This document shows positions 36,900-49,799 of a stretch of DNA of 64,000 nucleotides, one piece after another. The translations under genes and the position numbers were made by a program. The notes beneath the pieces are model-generated. The model made no database searches. It was not told the origin of the DNA and saw only the letters and a program-made list of their open reading frames with translations. How positions within the stretch are numbered: the first letter of the stretch is position 1; each line of letters starts with the position of its first letter. The stretch is from Sphaerodactylus townsendi (taxonomy: Eukaryota): contig NC_059426.1 in assembly GCF_021028975.2 (NCBI RefSeq), forward strand, positions 143,778,001 through 143,842,000, written 5' to 3'.

Positions 36900-36933
36900 C
36901 GAGGGGAAAGCTCTGCCTCTTCCTTCGTGACAT
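36900..36933 (-). CDS. Candidate first coding exon MSRRKRQSFPL
   Basis: gccATG in the CpG island; 34 nt to donor G|gtaacg. Confidence 0.45.
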
Positions 36934-37079
36934 GGCACAAATTGCACACGATCCCTGGGAAAGGAGCGGAAAAGCATGCCCGCAGCCTCCCGCAGGAAGC
37001 ATCCGTGCGGTCATTGCACGCAAGCCAAACGCGGGCTGGCAGGGTGGGGCGCGAGGGCGCCGCGTTGCTCCGCTCCGGT

Positions 37080-37357
37080 CTCTTAAGGGGAGGGGCTCTT
37101 CGGCGGGACTCGGTAATTTGCAGCCGATCCCTTGCCTGGGTTTGTTATGGTCCCCTTGCGTGCATTTGCAGACTAGGTGATCTGAGCTCTGAAGCTCGCG
37201 GCGGCTGCTGCAGCTGACCTGGGAAAGAGAGTCGCTGCCAACGCTTGCAAAAAGGGGTCTGGCCATGCAGCCGGGCATGTGCAGACGGTCCCTCGGTTCG
37301 TCGGTGGGGATTGCCGGCTAATGGGGCGGAAGACCAGGCGAGCGCTCAGCTGTCCAG
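37080..37357 (+). other. Candidate first exon of a plus-strand gene (start uncertain)
   Basis: CAG|gtaggg donor at 37358 inside the CpG island. Confidence 0.4.
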
Positions 37358-38479
37358 GTAGGGAACGAGCCGCCTAGTTTGCCTCCCTTGCTTCTGAGGA
37401 TAACACGTGTAGGAAGCGAGCATTGCTTTTGCATGCACGTGAGGATGGGGAGTAGCCCTCCAGGAAGGAGAGATTTGTCGGCGCGTGAACGTGGCTTAAG
37501 TAAATACCTTGCAGGCTCAGGAAGAGGGATGCGATTGAGCCGGTGGGGGTTTCCCGAAATCGGTAACTCTTCGAGCAGCCCCCGCCGTTTGGACACCTGG
37601 CGGCCAAAGATCCCCTGTAAAGGAGGGGGTGTGCATGAAAATCAAGGTGTCGCTGGGTTGGCTTCTGAGTTCACCAAGTGCAGTCTCCGAGGTCGCCTTT
37701 GCTGGCAGCCTCCGGTTAGGCCAGTTCTCGCAGAAAGGGACCGTGGAGGCTTTCTGGAAGAGTCTCGGGTACAAAAACAAAACCATGGGTCGGGGGGCGG
37801 TGCTGAAATTCCTATCCGTGCCGAGCCTATGAGGTTTCCAGAAGCACAGGGCTGTCCCCTGTTGGAAACAGGATACTGGTCCGGAGATCTTCGGGTGGGC
37901 CCAGTTAGGCCCTTATCTGTGTGCTTTCACCATTATAGAAAGCAACCCGAATGAGATGTTTGTATGCCATTTTTTTAAACAGTCCAAGTCCAGTTTATTG
38001 TTAATTAAAGCTGGAGAGGGTCACCAGGTGTGTAGTGCTTAAAATATGAGCTCTTGTGCGCTGCGGAGGTCAGGTGAAATGGTCTCCTATCATTATTTCT
38101 GAATGATACTAGATGCCATATCGATCCTTATCTTTTGGGTGCGTGTGCTGTTTGCTGACGTGGACTAAATCCAGGACTGAGACTCTGCTCCTGATTTGAA
38201 AGCCAGAGCACAGCTCAAGATTATGAAATCATAACAAGAAAAAAAAACACCTCCCACTCCTGAGTGGATTTCTTCCATAATAAGTTTCTGCTACTGGTCT
38301 TGACACATCTGGATTTAGGAGAGCAGGGTGTCTTGTCCACAAGCTAGCATCTCTCTCTTTACAAACTGAGCTCTGGAGTACTTTATGACTCAAATGGTAA
38401 TCAGCTTTTGGGATCTATTGCTATCTATTGTGATCTATTTAGTTGACTTTAAATGGGGGTTAGACCAGTTCACAGAGGA

Positions 38480-38665
38480 TCTGGAGTAGGACCTGGGAGA
38501 ACCAGGTTCCAATGTGCACTCTCCCATGGAAACTTGCCAGGTGACATTTGGGCCAGTCATATACACTTAGTCTAGCCTACCTCACAGGGTGGTTGTGAGG
38601 GTAAGAAGGGAAAATATTGTGAGCCACATTGGGTCCCCATTGAAGAGAAAGGCAGAGTATAAATT
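38480..38665 (+). mobile_element. MIR-like SINE, older
   Basis: cctacctcacagggtggttgtgagg CORE; related copies at 41545-41715, 42585-42780, 47935-48080 (-), 54965-55180 and 57640-57870. Confidence 0.7.
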
Positions 38666-39061
38666 CAGGAGATAACTCAAAATCAGTCAGGGAAATGGTA
38701 TCTGGAAATGGCAATCTACCTTCCACAGAATTGATAAGAACCAACCACCTAATTGTTTGCCTTTTAGGGCCAAAGACTTGACCAATGGAGGTCAGTTCAC
38801 AGATGTCCAGTGTAAACACATGGCCTTGACCAAAACAATAAGTCTGTTTCTGGGTTGTACATTTCAAACTTCAGGTGGGGCCTTCTATAGTTGAATGTGC
38901 CTTCACCCCCACCCCCCACCCCACCCCACCCCACCCCTTTTCTGCACATAGAAAGTTAACTTGTAAAGGGATTGTTTAGAGTAGACCTTCTTCTTGACTT
39001 CTCATCTCCTGTATAGATGTTTTCAAAGCAGCATGAAATCAGTTGAGTTCCCTCACCAGAG

Positions 39062-39327
39062 TGGTGCAGGTGGACTCTGATCTGGATAATCAGGTTTGAT
39101 TCCCCACTCCTCCACATGAGCAGCAGAGTCTTATCTGGTGAACCAGATTTGTTTCCCCATTCCTACTCAATCCTGCTGGGTAGTCTTAGGCTAGTCACAG
39201 TTCATTCAGCCCCACCTACCTCACAAGGTGTCTGTTGTGAGGAGATGAAGGGAAAATGAGTTTGTAAGCCACTTTGAGTCTCCTTTCAGGAGAGAATGTG
39301 GGGAGGGTGGTATAAATCCAAACTCTT
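39062..39327 (+). mobile_element. Squam3-type SINE
   Basis: B-box, CORE and tataaatccaaactc tail. Confidence 0.8.
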
Positions 39328-39586
39328 ATTTAGTTTAGTTTAATGACTTTATAACCTGCTTTTCTCTCTAAGATTCAAAGTGGATCGCACAATACTAAAC
39401 AATTTAATCAGGCATCATCCTTCATCCAGTGAATTAATCAAGGGGACTAGAATTTGCAGTCTGACGTATTTGAACCTAGATGCAGGTATTATTAGTGAGA
39501 ATTAGGACTGAATTAATATAATTACGAAATGTACTTATTTGTCTAGCAGCCTCAGCTTCTTTGGTTTGTAACCAACAGTGTTGCTT

Positions 39587-39720
39587 AAAAGGTAAAGATA
39601 ATCCTCTCTGAACGCACCAGGTCATCATTGACACATGGGGTGACATCACATCACGACATTTACTAGGCAGGCTGTCTTTACGGGGTAGTTTGCCATTTCT
39701 TTCCCCAGTCATCTACACTT
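39587..39720 (-). mobile_element. Sauria SINE 3' (BovB-like) end
   Basis: aaaggtaaag (ACCTTT tail) followed by gcaccag…tttgccatt…ttccccagtcatctacac. Confidence 0.7.
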
Positions 39721-42700
39721 TACTGTGAGCAAGCTTAGACATATTGAATATAAAAATGCATAGATCTGTGGATACACTGAAACTTTCACAGTAAAGGTAA
39801 TCTTGGAGAGGCAGTGAATCATTGAAGAGTTGAGGAAGTTACTCTTCTGGGTCAGAGGCCAGGCCTGTGCAGAGATAAAATGCCAGCAGTGTACTTTAGC
39901 AAATACTTTAGGCATACAAGACTGGAACTTCTTGTATGGTGTTGATAACAACCAGGAAAAAATCTTACACATTCCTCAGGGGCTTGTTATTTCTGCTTTT
40001 TATTATGGCAACCCTCACGAGGACCATGTGAATAGAATTTCTGACTTCAAAGAAAGTCAGAAACAAAGGCGGCATTCAGACAGTGTGGCAGTCTGTGGCT
40101 TGATCCAACCCGAGTTGGTTATGATGTCTGAATGCAAATGTTCCATCAAACCAGGACTAGTTCGTCGGCACCACACTGAGATCTCAGGGTCATTACTGAT
40201 TTGTTAACTACTGTAGGTACCAACTGCGGCTTGTGGTGATGTCTGATTTCCTAAATCATAGTTTTGTTGCCTCTTGTGGTCACCTGGCAGAGATGTTACT
40301 TTCCTTGCTTGCAGACGGGAGAGGAGGTGAGAAATAGGGAAACTGGAATTTACGTACATAAGTTAACTTACAGCTGGTAGACTAACCAGAATTTGGTGCA
40401 CTATCAGTGCTTTCCTGGAGTGTCCCTGAGCTTCTTTGTAACTTTTTTTTTTGGAGCAGCAATCATGGCTCTAAGATTGCCAGGATATTTTTTTCCTTCT
40501 GAATATTCCTTCCCCCCCGCCCCCCGCCGCCAACCACACTGTACTGTTCAAAAATCTGTGTCACTTCCTCACACCCACACTTCCTTACAAGTTAATTAAA
40601 GGGAACTGCACAGCACCTACAGTTTCTGTATCACTCCCAAGTGCATACATCTTGAAGGTGGGGGGGGGGGGGGCTGTTGTATCCTGAATGCATATCTGGA
40701 TCTCCTACATTGTTTCAGGTTGCAAGGAAGAGTTCTTGTGTCTGTACTGTAAACTCTGTTCTCTTCCTCTCTCTCCTGTAGATGATGAAGGGGGCCTTTT
40801 TCTGAATGAATGTTCTGGATAGAGTCTAGGCTGGCTGGGTTATCTCACAAGTTGTACCCCTCCTCCTGTCAGCAAAGAAAGGTGGCCTTTGCTCCTCACC
40901 CGCTTTCCTTCCGTGTTCTCTGGGTTACCCTGCACTGGCTCATCAGTGTCACTGTGGTTTGTTCTCATTTTGTACCAGTTCTGCTTGCCAAATTGTACTT
41001 CCTTGGAATTTGTTCTGCTTATATTGGAAGTGTTTCACAAGAGGAGTTTTAAAAATATGACTGACTCCTTCGGTCATATCAAATGCCGACTATGAAAAAT
41101 TTACCCCAGTCTGCAGAAACCAACGTCATCGCTCCAGCCTCTAATAGTGGGTTTGGAGAAACTTGGATTCCTCCTTTCCAGTTACTAACAACATTACAGA
41201 GTTTATATACATGCAAAGTGTGTGTGTATAAGGGATGCTTTCAGCTCGAGTGGCGGTGGGGGGAATTTTCTTTTTGATGCTAAATCACCTGTACAATGTA
41301 GTACTCTTTGCCTTTCCAAATAATCTTTGGTCGTTTATGAACAACACAGACCACAGATACAGCCTTGTATGGTTAAGTCTTAGCATGTGAGTGAGAGGAG
41401 CTCTTACAACTAAGAAGGTACACATACCCTTTGCCTTGCAAAGTCAAGTCTGCAGTGTGAATAAGTTATGCAAGTTGCTATTTGCTTGTTTTATCCTGTC
41501 TGTAAAATAAACTACAGTAGCAGGATCTTGACAACAGGAAGTCCCCGTAAGGTAGGAGTTAGCAGGTCGAACTGGGAACTGAGAAGCATTAATCCAAATC
41601 ATCCTTCTGTCATTCTCTCTCAGCCTAACCTGCCTCAAAGAGTGGTTGTGAAATGGAGGAAGGGAGAAGGGTGAATATTGTCCTGAGTTCCTTGGAGGGA
41701 GGGCAGGATACAATTACTAAAGAAATAAACAGTAGTCCCAAATGGTATTTCTGTTTCCTTAAAAGATTAACAAGTGGGTATACAGGAAATAGAATAGGTG
41801 GTATGTTGAATAGGTTTCCCTTGTTCAGTGTCGCTGTGTGCCACACTGGCTGCCTGTTTTCCATAGCAACTGTGCCTTCTATGGGCACGCTGTCATTTCC
41901 TGCACTATCCCCCATCTGCTTCAGCTTATTAACTTTAATAATATTTTGCTTCATGTTTTGACCCACAAGGAGCTCTTACAGCATTTTATAGTAGCCACAG
42001 TCGAGTCCCATTCTCTGAAACCATCAGGATTAAAAACTAAGTGCTTAATAGTCTGGTCAATAAAACATATTGAAAAACATGACCTCATGCATATAATTCT
42101 GCAAAGACCTGCTGAATCCAAGTGGCTTTTACCGGCCTTCAGAAAACCATCTACAAGGTAGCCCAGCGGACTTTGCCAGGGAGCTAGCACAGCAGATGAG
42201 ACCATTCTCGTTACAGGCAGCCAGGAATGCCTATAAAGATCTAAGTGGCTGGGGAGGTTTTTATGGGAGAAGGCGCTTTTATGGGAGAAGTTACCCTGGA
42301 CCCAAGCTTTTAAAAAAAGATCTCACAGAGTTAGAACCAGTGAAACAGATGGTCATCACTTAAAATCTTTTAAAACTCACTTCATGTTATTCCACAATAT
42401 ACTTCAGATAACCATCATGGTATCTCTTTGTAGACCAATGGAAGGGCATGGGCTGTCATTAAGGGTGCCCCCCCCCCCCCCACTGTGGACATTTTGATAA
42501 TCCAGCCTATTTTATTGAAAACATTTTTAAGTTTCCTTTCTCCTTACAGCTCAGTCACATTACTAAGGCACATACAATAGAGAGCTAGTACAGTGGCAGT
42601 GGATAAGCTCAGATCCCTGTTTTGTCATGAAAGCTTGCTGGGTGATCCTGGGCCAGTCTTGTGCCCTCAGACTAGTCTACCTCACAGGATTATTGTGAGA

Positions 42701-42909
42701 ATAAGATAGAAGAGAGGAAAACAATGTAAGCCCCATTTGGTCCCTAATGGGGAGAAAGTTGGGATATAATCTAAGGAAATATATGCTCTGGTAACATTGC
42801 TTGTAATTCTGTGTGGGGTGGACTGCACTTTAATGTCATCTAGAAACTTCAGTTCGTCCAGAATGTGCCACAATCAGTCAGAAGGGTACATTTCTAAGTG
42901 CACATCTGT

Positions 42910-43197
42910 GGTTTGAGAGCAAGTGGATTCTAATCTGGAGAACTGGGTTTGATTCCCCACTCCTCCACCTGAGCGGCAGAGGCTTATCTGGTGAACCAGA
43001 TGTGTTTCCACACACCTATGTTCCTGCTGGGTGATCTTGGGTTAGTCATAGTTCTTCGGAACTCTCTCAGCCCCACCTACCTCACAAGGTGTCTGTTGTG
43101 GGGAGAGGAAGGGAAAGGAGTTTGTAAGCCACCTTGAATCTCCTTACAGGTGAAGGAAATGTGGGGTATAAATCCAAACTTTTCTTTTCTTCTTCTT
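42910..43197 (+). mobile_element. Squam3-type SINE
   Basis: Near full-length match to 56271-56572. Confidence 0.85.
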
Positions 43198-43538
43198 GCA
43201 TGTTTACTACAGGGTACCTGTGTTTACACCAGGGTCCCTGTGACAAACAGCATTTGCTGCATAAGGCACTTGCCCTTAACAGCATGGGAGTAGTGCCAGT
43301 AAAATGAGCACCAGTCACTCTGGAGAAGATACCAAGAGCTGTTGGAATACTGAAGCCGAAACACAGCGGCTGTAGGAAGGGCTGACTCAACCTGCCCCTC
43401 CCTGTCACTTCTCAAACACCTCTTATGGTTTCAAGCTTCTCCCCCCTTCTCGTAATCTTCAGACTTGCTTGTTTAAAAATGTGAATTACAAATCTCTTCT
43501 TGGAATGGAGTTTCCAAGCAGGATGCTTGACAGCTCAC

Positions 43539-43829
43539 GAGAGCCAGCGTGGTGTAGGGGTTAAGAGTGGGAGATCCTAATCTGGAGAACCGGGTTTGAT
43601 TCCCCACTCCTCCACATGAGCAGCAGACTCTGATCGGGAGAATCAGGTTTGATTCTCCACGCTTCCTCATGAAGCCTGCTGGGTGACCTAGGGCTAGCCA
43701 CAGTTCTCTCAGAACTCTGCCAGCTCCGCCTACCTCACAAGGGTGCCTGTTGTTGGGAAGGGGAAGGAAAAATGGTTGTAAAAGTGGTTTGAAACTCCTT
43801 GCAGTAGAGAAAAAACAACTCTTCTTCCT
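43539..43829 (+). mobile_element. Squam3-type SINE
   Basis: tRNA head, CORE and (CTT) tail. Confidence 0.85.
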
Positions 43830-44566
43830 TAATTCACGCTTTGTGTGTCTGCTGCAGGAAATGTTGTACGAAGATCTTGTGCCCCCCCAACAATAATTTT
43901 GCAGTCAGATTGTGCCTTTGTTTTTGACTTCAAGAAGCTGTCTTTCTGAGCTGTAAATATTGTTGCACGTATGTGATTTACAACGAAAGAGAAAGAGCTA
44001 GCAGTGGCCGAAGGAGAGACCAGAAAGCTGCAGACATCAGTAAATGCATGAATTGCTGGGGAGGAAGGGTTATATTGATGCACGGTTGTTGCCCAGCAGC
44101 TTTTCCCTGATACCATGGCAACCTCAGTGATGGGCAATATGCGCTGTTTTCCTTTGCCAGATGCTTGATGGATGGCTGTGTGTGGGGAGGAGAGAGGGAG
44201 ACATATTGCAGACCTAACAAAAACGATGTGCTGTACTTGGGTCCCACTTTTGAAATTCTGCCAACCACAGTGAAGGTAGTCTTAATTCTTCCTTTACAAT
44301 TGTCTTAATTGTGCAGTCAGGCTGTTTCTCTTTTAGTTCATTGCTCCTATTTTTCTCACCTTTGGCAGCATATCAGTTCCTGCCCTTTATTTCCCTGAAG
44401 ATATCTTAATTTTAAATAGCTTTTTTAAAAAAATGTGCGTGTGGGTTCTTTCTCCTAGTCAGTCATGTTATTTCACAACTTTTCGCAAAGAAATCATCAG
44501 ATTAAAAGCAGGTATGCATAGGTTCTCTGAATGCTTACATTTGCAGCAATCAGGGAGCTTAGCTTA

Positions 44567-44818
44567 CCCTGTTTCTCCGAAAATAAGACATCCCCTGAGA
44601 ATAAGATGCGGTAGAGGTTTTGCTGAAGTGCTAAATATAAAACATCCCCGAAAGTAAGACGTAGCAAAGTTTTTGTTTGGAAGCATGCCCGTCGAACAGA
44701 ACACCAGAGCATGCAGCTGTGGAGCGGAAAAATAAGACATCCCCTGAAAATAAGACATAGTGCATCTTTGGGAGCAAAAATTAATATAAGACACTATCTT
44801 ATTTTCGGAGAAACACGG
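44567..44818. mobile_element. Tc1/mariner-superfamily MITE
   Basis: TIR CCSTGTTTCTCCGAAAATAAGA; TA flanks; repeated subterminal AATAAGAC. Confidence 0.9.
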
Positions 44819-45688
44819 TATGTAAACTTATGGGTGGGGTGGCCCATTAGCTGATCGGTGTCTGGCTCTGGGTGTCAGATCCCAGACTAGTTGCAGCATA
44901 AAAGGAAGTGCTTATGTAGAGAGATATGCGGCCATTTCCTGTCCTCTGCGCTTCTGTTATTGCAGTGTTTTGGAACCTTATGACATTTACTTTTCTAAAG
45001 TTTGGCTAGCCTCCTTACCATTTGTGTCATTAAAAGATGGGCTTTTAGAGCTGCCCATCCCCTTTTTGATTTGTATGTTGGTGTCATGGCCTTGCTTTGG
45101 ACCTGATATTCGTTGCTCAGAGTTTGTAATGGTTTTTCCTGAGCCCGTCAGAAGACCTGCTAAAAACATTGAACCCTTTGGGGATACTGTTGTTTTTCTG
45201 TTCCCACACTGATCTGACCAACATAGATGCAGATTCTGACCCCTTCGTGTTTCAGAGTCATGTGGGTGTCACTGAATTTGGGACCCTTTGAATCTAAATC
45301 TTTGTGTACCCAATCATCTCTCTCCTTACAGTTGCTAAATGTATTTATTTACATTATTTACAGTGTTCCTTTCTCACTGGGACTCAAGTCAGATTACACA
45401 GAGGGGCAGCCCAATCCGGGAGGGGAGGGCAGACCTACCTCTGGAGCCAGCACAGCCTTGCACTGGTGTGGGTGCCCACCTACCCCAACTCAAGGGGCAA
45501 ATGTACTGGCAGGGGGGCCACAATGCCCATTGGTGCAGAATGTTGTATCAGCATGGTTGGGGGCATTCTGGAGGTGTGGCCAGAGTGGAGCCAACTTTAA
45601 TCAGCTTCCACCTGGCCGTTGCCTACCAAAACTCCAGCCCCCAAGGCTTGGACTTATGCCACCCTTTGGGGTGGCGTAAGTACATAGG

Positions 45689-46300
45689 TGTCATGGGCCA
45701 ACTGGATCCAGAAGGTATTGAGGACTCCTCCGATGAAGAGTCAGCAGAAAGCCCTGGCTCCTGTCCACAGCCAGTAGTAGAAGTGGCACAACGGGAAGCA
45801 GCCTCTGTGGGGTCAGACATAAACCCACAACCAGACCCCAGGGCAGTGACCCCCCAGCCCTCCAGCTCCGAGCGAGCTGTGGAAAGCCATTTGCCAGCCT
45901 GCTCACCTCCCTCATCCCCAGAGCCTCAGGAACAGAGAAGGAGGAGAACACACAGGGCCTTACAGGACAGAAGACAAAGTGCACACCTGGCAGCCCAGCA
46001 CAGGCTCTGCATGGACAATGAGGAGGAGTGTTTGCAGAAGCAGGTCAGAGGCAGCTGACAGGTGCACAGCATTATAGGCCATCCGAGTAGCCTTGCCTTT
46101 ATAAGCAACTGGAAAGGGCATAGCTGCCTGGAAGCAACACATCAAATTGCTGCTGACCTGGTGGTTCCTGCTTTGAACTATCTGCTCTGTCTTGACCTTG
46201 GCCTTAGTCTCTGAGTTTCTGGTTTACCCTTGGACTTTTGTGAATGTGGGAACTTTCGTGCTTGACTTTGGGAATGCAACTATGACTGTGGAAACTGGAC
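45689..46300 (+). mobile_element. Probable Gypsy-type LTR fragment nested in a CAGCCCAATCC-TIR element (about 45407-46490)
   Basis: Starts TGTCATGG; TATAA at about 46100; then T-rich U5-like sequence; 3' CA terminus not found. Confidence 0.45.
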
Positions 46301-49300
46301 TCTATATGTGTGTGAGAGAGAGAGGGCACTGGGAAACCACAACAATAGAGCCCAATGGAGGACTTTTTGGTGGTGGAGAGGGTTTTCCTATTTTTCCCCT
46401 CCCAGCATTGTCAAGAAGCCCTCTTGGAGGTGGTCAGGAGGCGCCACAGTAGTGCTGCATCCCCCCACCAAGATGCTCTGAATTGGGCTGTGAATAAGTT
46501 AATAGAATGGGGCATCTAATAAACGTTGCAGTAGGAATGTGGAACCAACCAGAAGTCTGAAACACAGCTGAAGCAAAGCATAAAGTGCTAACATGATGCA
46601 TTAAATAATGCAGAAATTACATAAATCCTACTTACAGCAACAGTAGTATAGTCCACATTCCCTAACTGTTTCCCCAAGCATCATTACACCAGTGTTATCG
46701 CTAGTTCTGAACCCACTGCCATAAAGCACAATCCAAACGGAGTAAGTGTTATGTGCACATGACCAGTTGCCAGGAAATGGGACAGCTTGATTGACACGTT
46801 CTCCTGTTAAGATTTTCCCATTGGCTACCTTCAGGACAAGTTTCCCTTTTCCATGCCATATCATGGAGTGAATTCATTCAGATTTTTTAAGTTTTAATTT
46901 AAACATGTAAAATTCTGCAGGTTTTAGGGTTATTTGTCTGGTGCTTTTATGATCAATTTGTTCTGTCGTAGTTTTATCTTTTTAAATATTTGTTCGTTGG
47001 TTTTACTGTTAGTGCCTTGAGAACTACAGTTTGCAGAAAGTGTGGGACATAAATATTTTAAGTGTGTACTTGAGATGGCATTAATTGGTGGGGGGAAAGG
47101 GAGGGGTGACTGGGCAGACCAGATTCCATTAATTACCTTCTCACACAGTTCCATATCTAGGGGATTAATTCCACCACACCACCCCTCATTTGTAATGGAA
47201 CTGAGCCTTGAATTGCAGGATTGTGACTTTTGTAGAGGAGATATGCTGCTTTGCTTACCTGTGACTGTCTATCAATTAGACTCACCTCCTACATAGCACA
47301 CAAGTGAAGACAAGACCCACTTGAATCACTTAATGCTCCCTTTTGACTGCCTGCCTTTTCTCCCCAGAGAAAAGGTGATTATGTGTTTTGTTTGTTTCCA
47401 TGATCTGTGTGGGTGCTCTTGAGAAAATGAGGAGAGGTTTCAAGTTTGGACAGTGTTGATTGAGGTTTATGGTTGTTATCAGTGGCAGTGAAACAAATAA
47501 TCTCATGTCTGTTTGTCCCTGGGTTGATTGTTCATGGGTTGTTTAAATTTGGAGTGGCAGTTATACACCCAGATATAATTTCTTTCTGAAGAAACGCCTA
47601 TCCTGATCCTTTAAGCTAATTGTGGGAAGCAGAGGGAATATCTGTCGTGGCAGGATATCATGATTTAAGGCTGGCAACATTTAAACTGGTCCCTGTAGTT
47701 GTCCCTTTAATATCAATCTTCAGCAATTATCAGGTGATGTTAATTACCTCCATGCCATGGAAAGCTTCAACTGCCCATATTGCAGAACTTTCCTCCCCCA
47801 AAAAACTCCCCTCCCAGCCAGTTGGCAACTTTAATAGTCTCAGTCCATAATGTGGCATGTAACTGTTTTTTGTAACTCCATTGAGAAGCATGATTACTGT
47901 ATGTTATCCATTACATTTTAAATTCATACGTGGTTGTCCCTTTCTCCATTTTATTTTCACAATGATCCTGTGAGGAGGTTGGGCGGAGAATGACCAGCAC
48001 AAGTTCACCCCATGAACATAATAGCCAAATAAATATTTGAAGCTGGATGTCTTTGGCTAGTCCAATAATGTAACTACCAAACATTAGGTATTCATTGTAG
48101 ATAAAATAAGGCACATTCGAGCAATAAACATATCCTTGAAAGTAAGCTATACCTGTCTGCAGTATACACAGGAATTGTGATGTACTGAATTCTGAAATGG
48201 GCCATAGTGTGAGAATTACTAGATCTGCTGAATGGAACTAGGGACAGATGGGGGAATTTCTTTGCAAACCTGAAGAAAGTTTCAGCTTTGCGGGGGGGAA
48301 ATTCTGAAATCTAAAGGAAAAGATTGAGGGATTAAAATTTCTGAAAATATTGGTACCTGTAGCTTTCAGAAAATAATGTAAACTGAGCTCTCAGTGGCCA
48401 TTTTGAAGGTTGTTAGGTAACCACAACACCTTCTATGCCTTGGTTTCTGGAAAGCAAAGCCATGGGGCAGGTGATGGGGAGGAGGAGGAGAAAGGGTGAA
48501 CTTGAAGGCCAAAGCAGTTCTGAACCTTCAAACTAGGCTCAGCATGGTGCTAGTGGCCACTGGACTATTCAGCCAGACTTTTCCTGGGGAGAGGCTGCCA
48601 GGAAGAGGAAGGGGGGAAAACTGAAAACAAAGGAACAGATAATGGGAGGAAACAGGAAAATAGAAAGGCTATGGGGGCTGCCAGGGAAGGGAGGAAATAG
48701 TGAAGGAGGGGGACACAGGGAGAAATACTTGAGATTAATACTTTGTAAATTGTCTTACATAAAAATCTTCATTCTATGCATTTTGAGTATCTGAAACCTT
48801 ATGAGTGAAAGCATTCACTCATTCTAGGAGTGAAGCTGTTTGATAGGAGGATTCTCCCCCCCCCCCCCTCCACCCAATCCTTCCCTTGGAGGAAAAAAAT
48901 CTTGGGAGAAAACGAAAGCACACATACCCCAGATATTTTCCCCCAGGCCTTCACATTTCTACCTCTAGCAGGTGCATGTTGTAAACCTGCAGTGTAGGCA
49001 AGAACTGCCTTGCTTCATCAGAGCAAAAATCCATCCAATCTACTTATTGGGTCCTGACAGGCTATAGTAGTTTGAATCACCTTCATTCTGGGTTTGAATT
49101 AGTACTTCAAAATTTGTCTGTTGTTTGCATATAGTTTATTTAGAAATGTATTTTATGTTGATTCTTTTTAAAGGGTATCTTATTTTGAAAGATACTTGAT
49201 AAATGTGTATGCTGTCAAAATATTATTATTTTTATATAAGCAAATGAATAAGAAGAATTTCAGGAACACTCTAGAATAGATGGTTTTATCATTAAAGTTA

Positions 49301-49377
49301 ATTTGATATCCTCACCACACATGCCCTCTGCAATGGGCCATCTGCTTTTTGTAGAACCTGGCAATATCTTTTGGGCT

Positions 49378-49470
49378 TGGGTGCTGTGTGGTTTCCGGGC
49401 TGTGTGGCCGTGTTCTAGCAGCATTCTCTCCTGACGTTTCGCCTGCGTCTGTGGCTGGCATCTTCAGAGG
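49378..49470 (-). mobile_element. 93-bp Penelope-like insertion with a 12-bp TSD
   Basis: ATCTTTTGGGCT at 49366-49377 and 49471-49482; same subfamily as 25160. Confidence 0.85.
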
Positions 49471-49471
49471 A
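49429..49471 (-). ncRNA. Minimal type I hammerhead ribozyme with an intact core
   Basis: UCCU-CUGAAGA-U-GCCAGC(CACAGAC)GCAGGC-GAAA-CG-UC-AGGA. Confidence 0.7.
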
Positions 49472-49799
49472 TCTTTTGGGCTGTAAGGCAGGTGAAGTGT
49501 TCACAGTGGGCAGGATGACAGTGATCCAGGTATTTTTGTGGCTTGATGAGCTAACTGTGCCTATCCTGTAATCTACTCCTGATATGCTGGCTGTTTTAGA
49601 GAAAAAGAAATTGGGTTTCCCCCTGGAGGAAACATGTGAACGTGACCAAAATTTCTGGATTTACACAGATGTCACGAATGCAAAGGGATCCTACGCTGTT
49701 CAGGATTTAATGGAATGATAAGGACGAGCTGTATTCCCTGAGCTTGCCCTTGTTACATTGTGCGGAAGAGGCTGGAACAGAGAGTGCTGTTTGGAGCAG

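Larger units (their letters stand above)
36820..37830. promoter_or_regulatory. CpG island, probable bidirectional promoter
   Basis: Only extended non-repeat CpG-dense region; GGGGCGGAAG (Sp/ETS) at 37323; outward-facing splice donors on both strands. Confidence 0.8.

Noticed and set aside
36691-37954. Long ORFs over the CpG island
   Set aside because: Expected from GC richness; only the short spliced MSRRK segment is retained.
45339-46058. 239-aa ORF with an acidic/Ser-Pro stretch
   Set aside because: Spans three nested repeats; low complexity and no recognisable domain.
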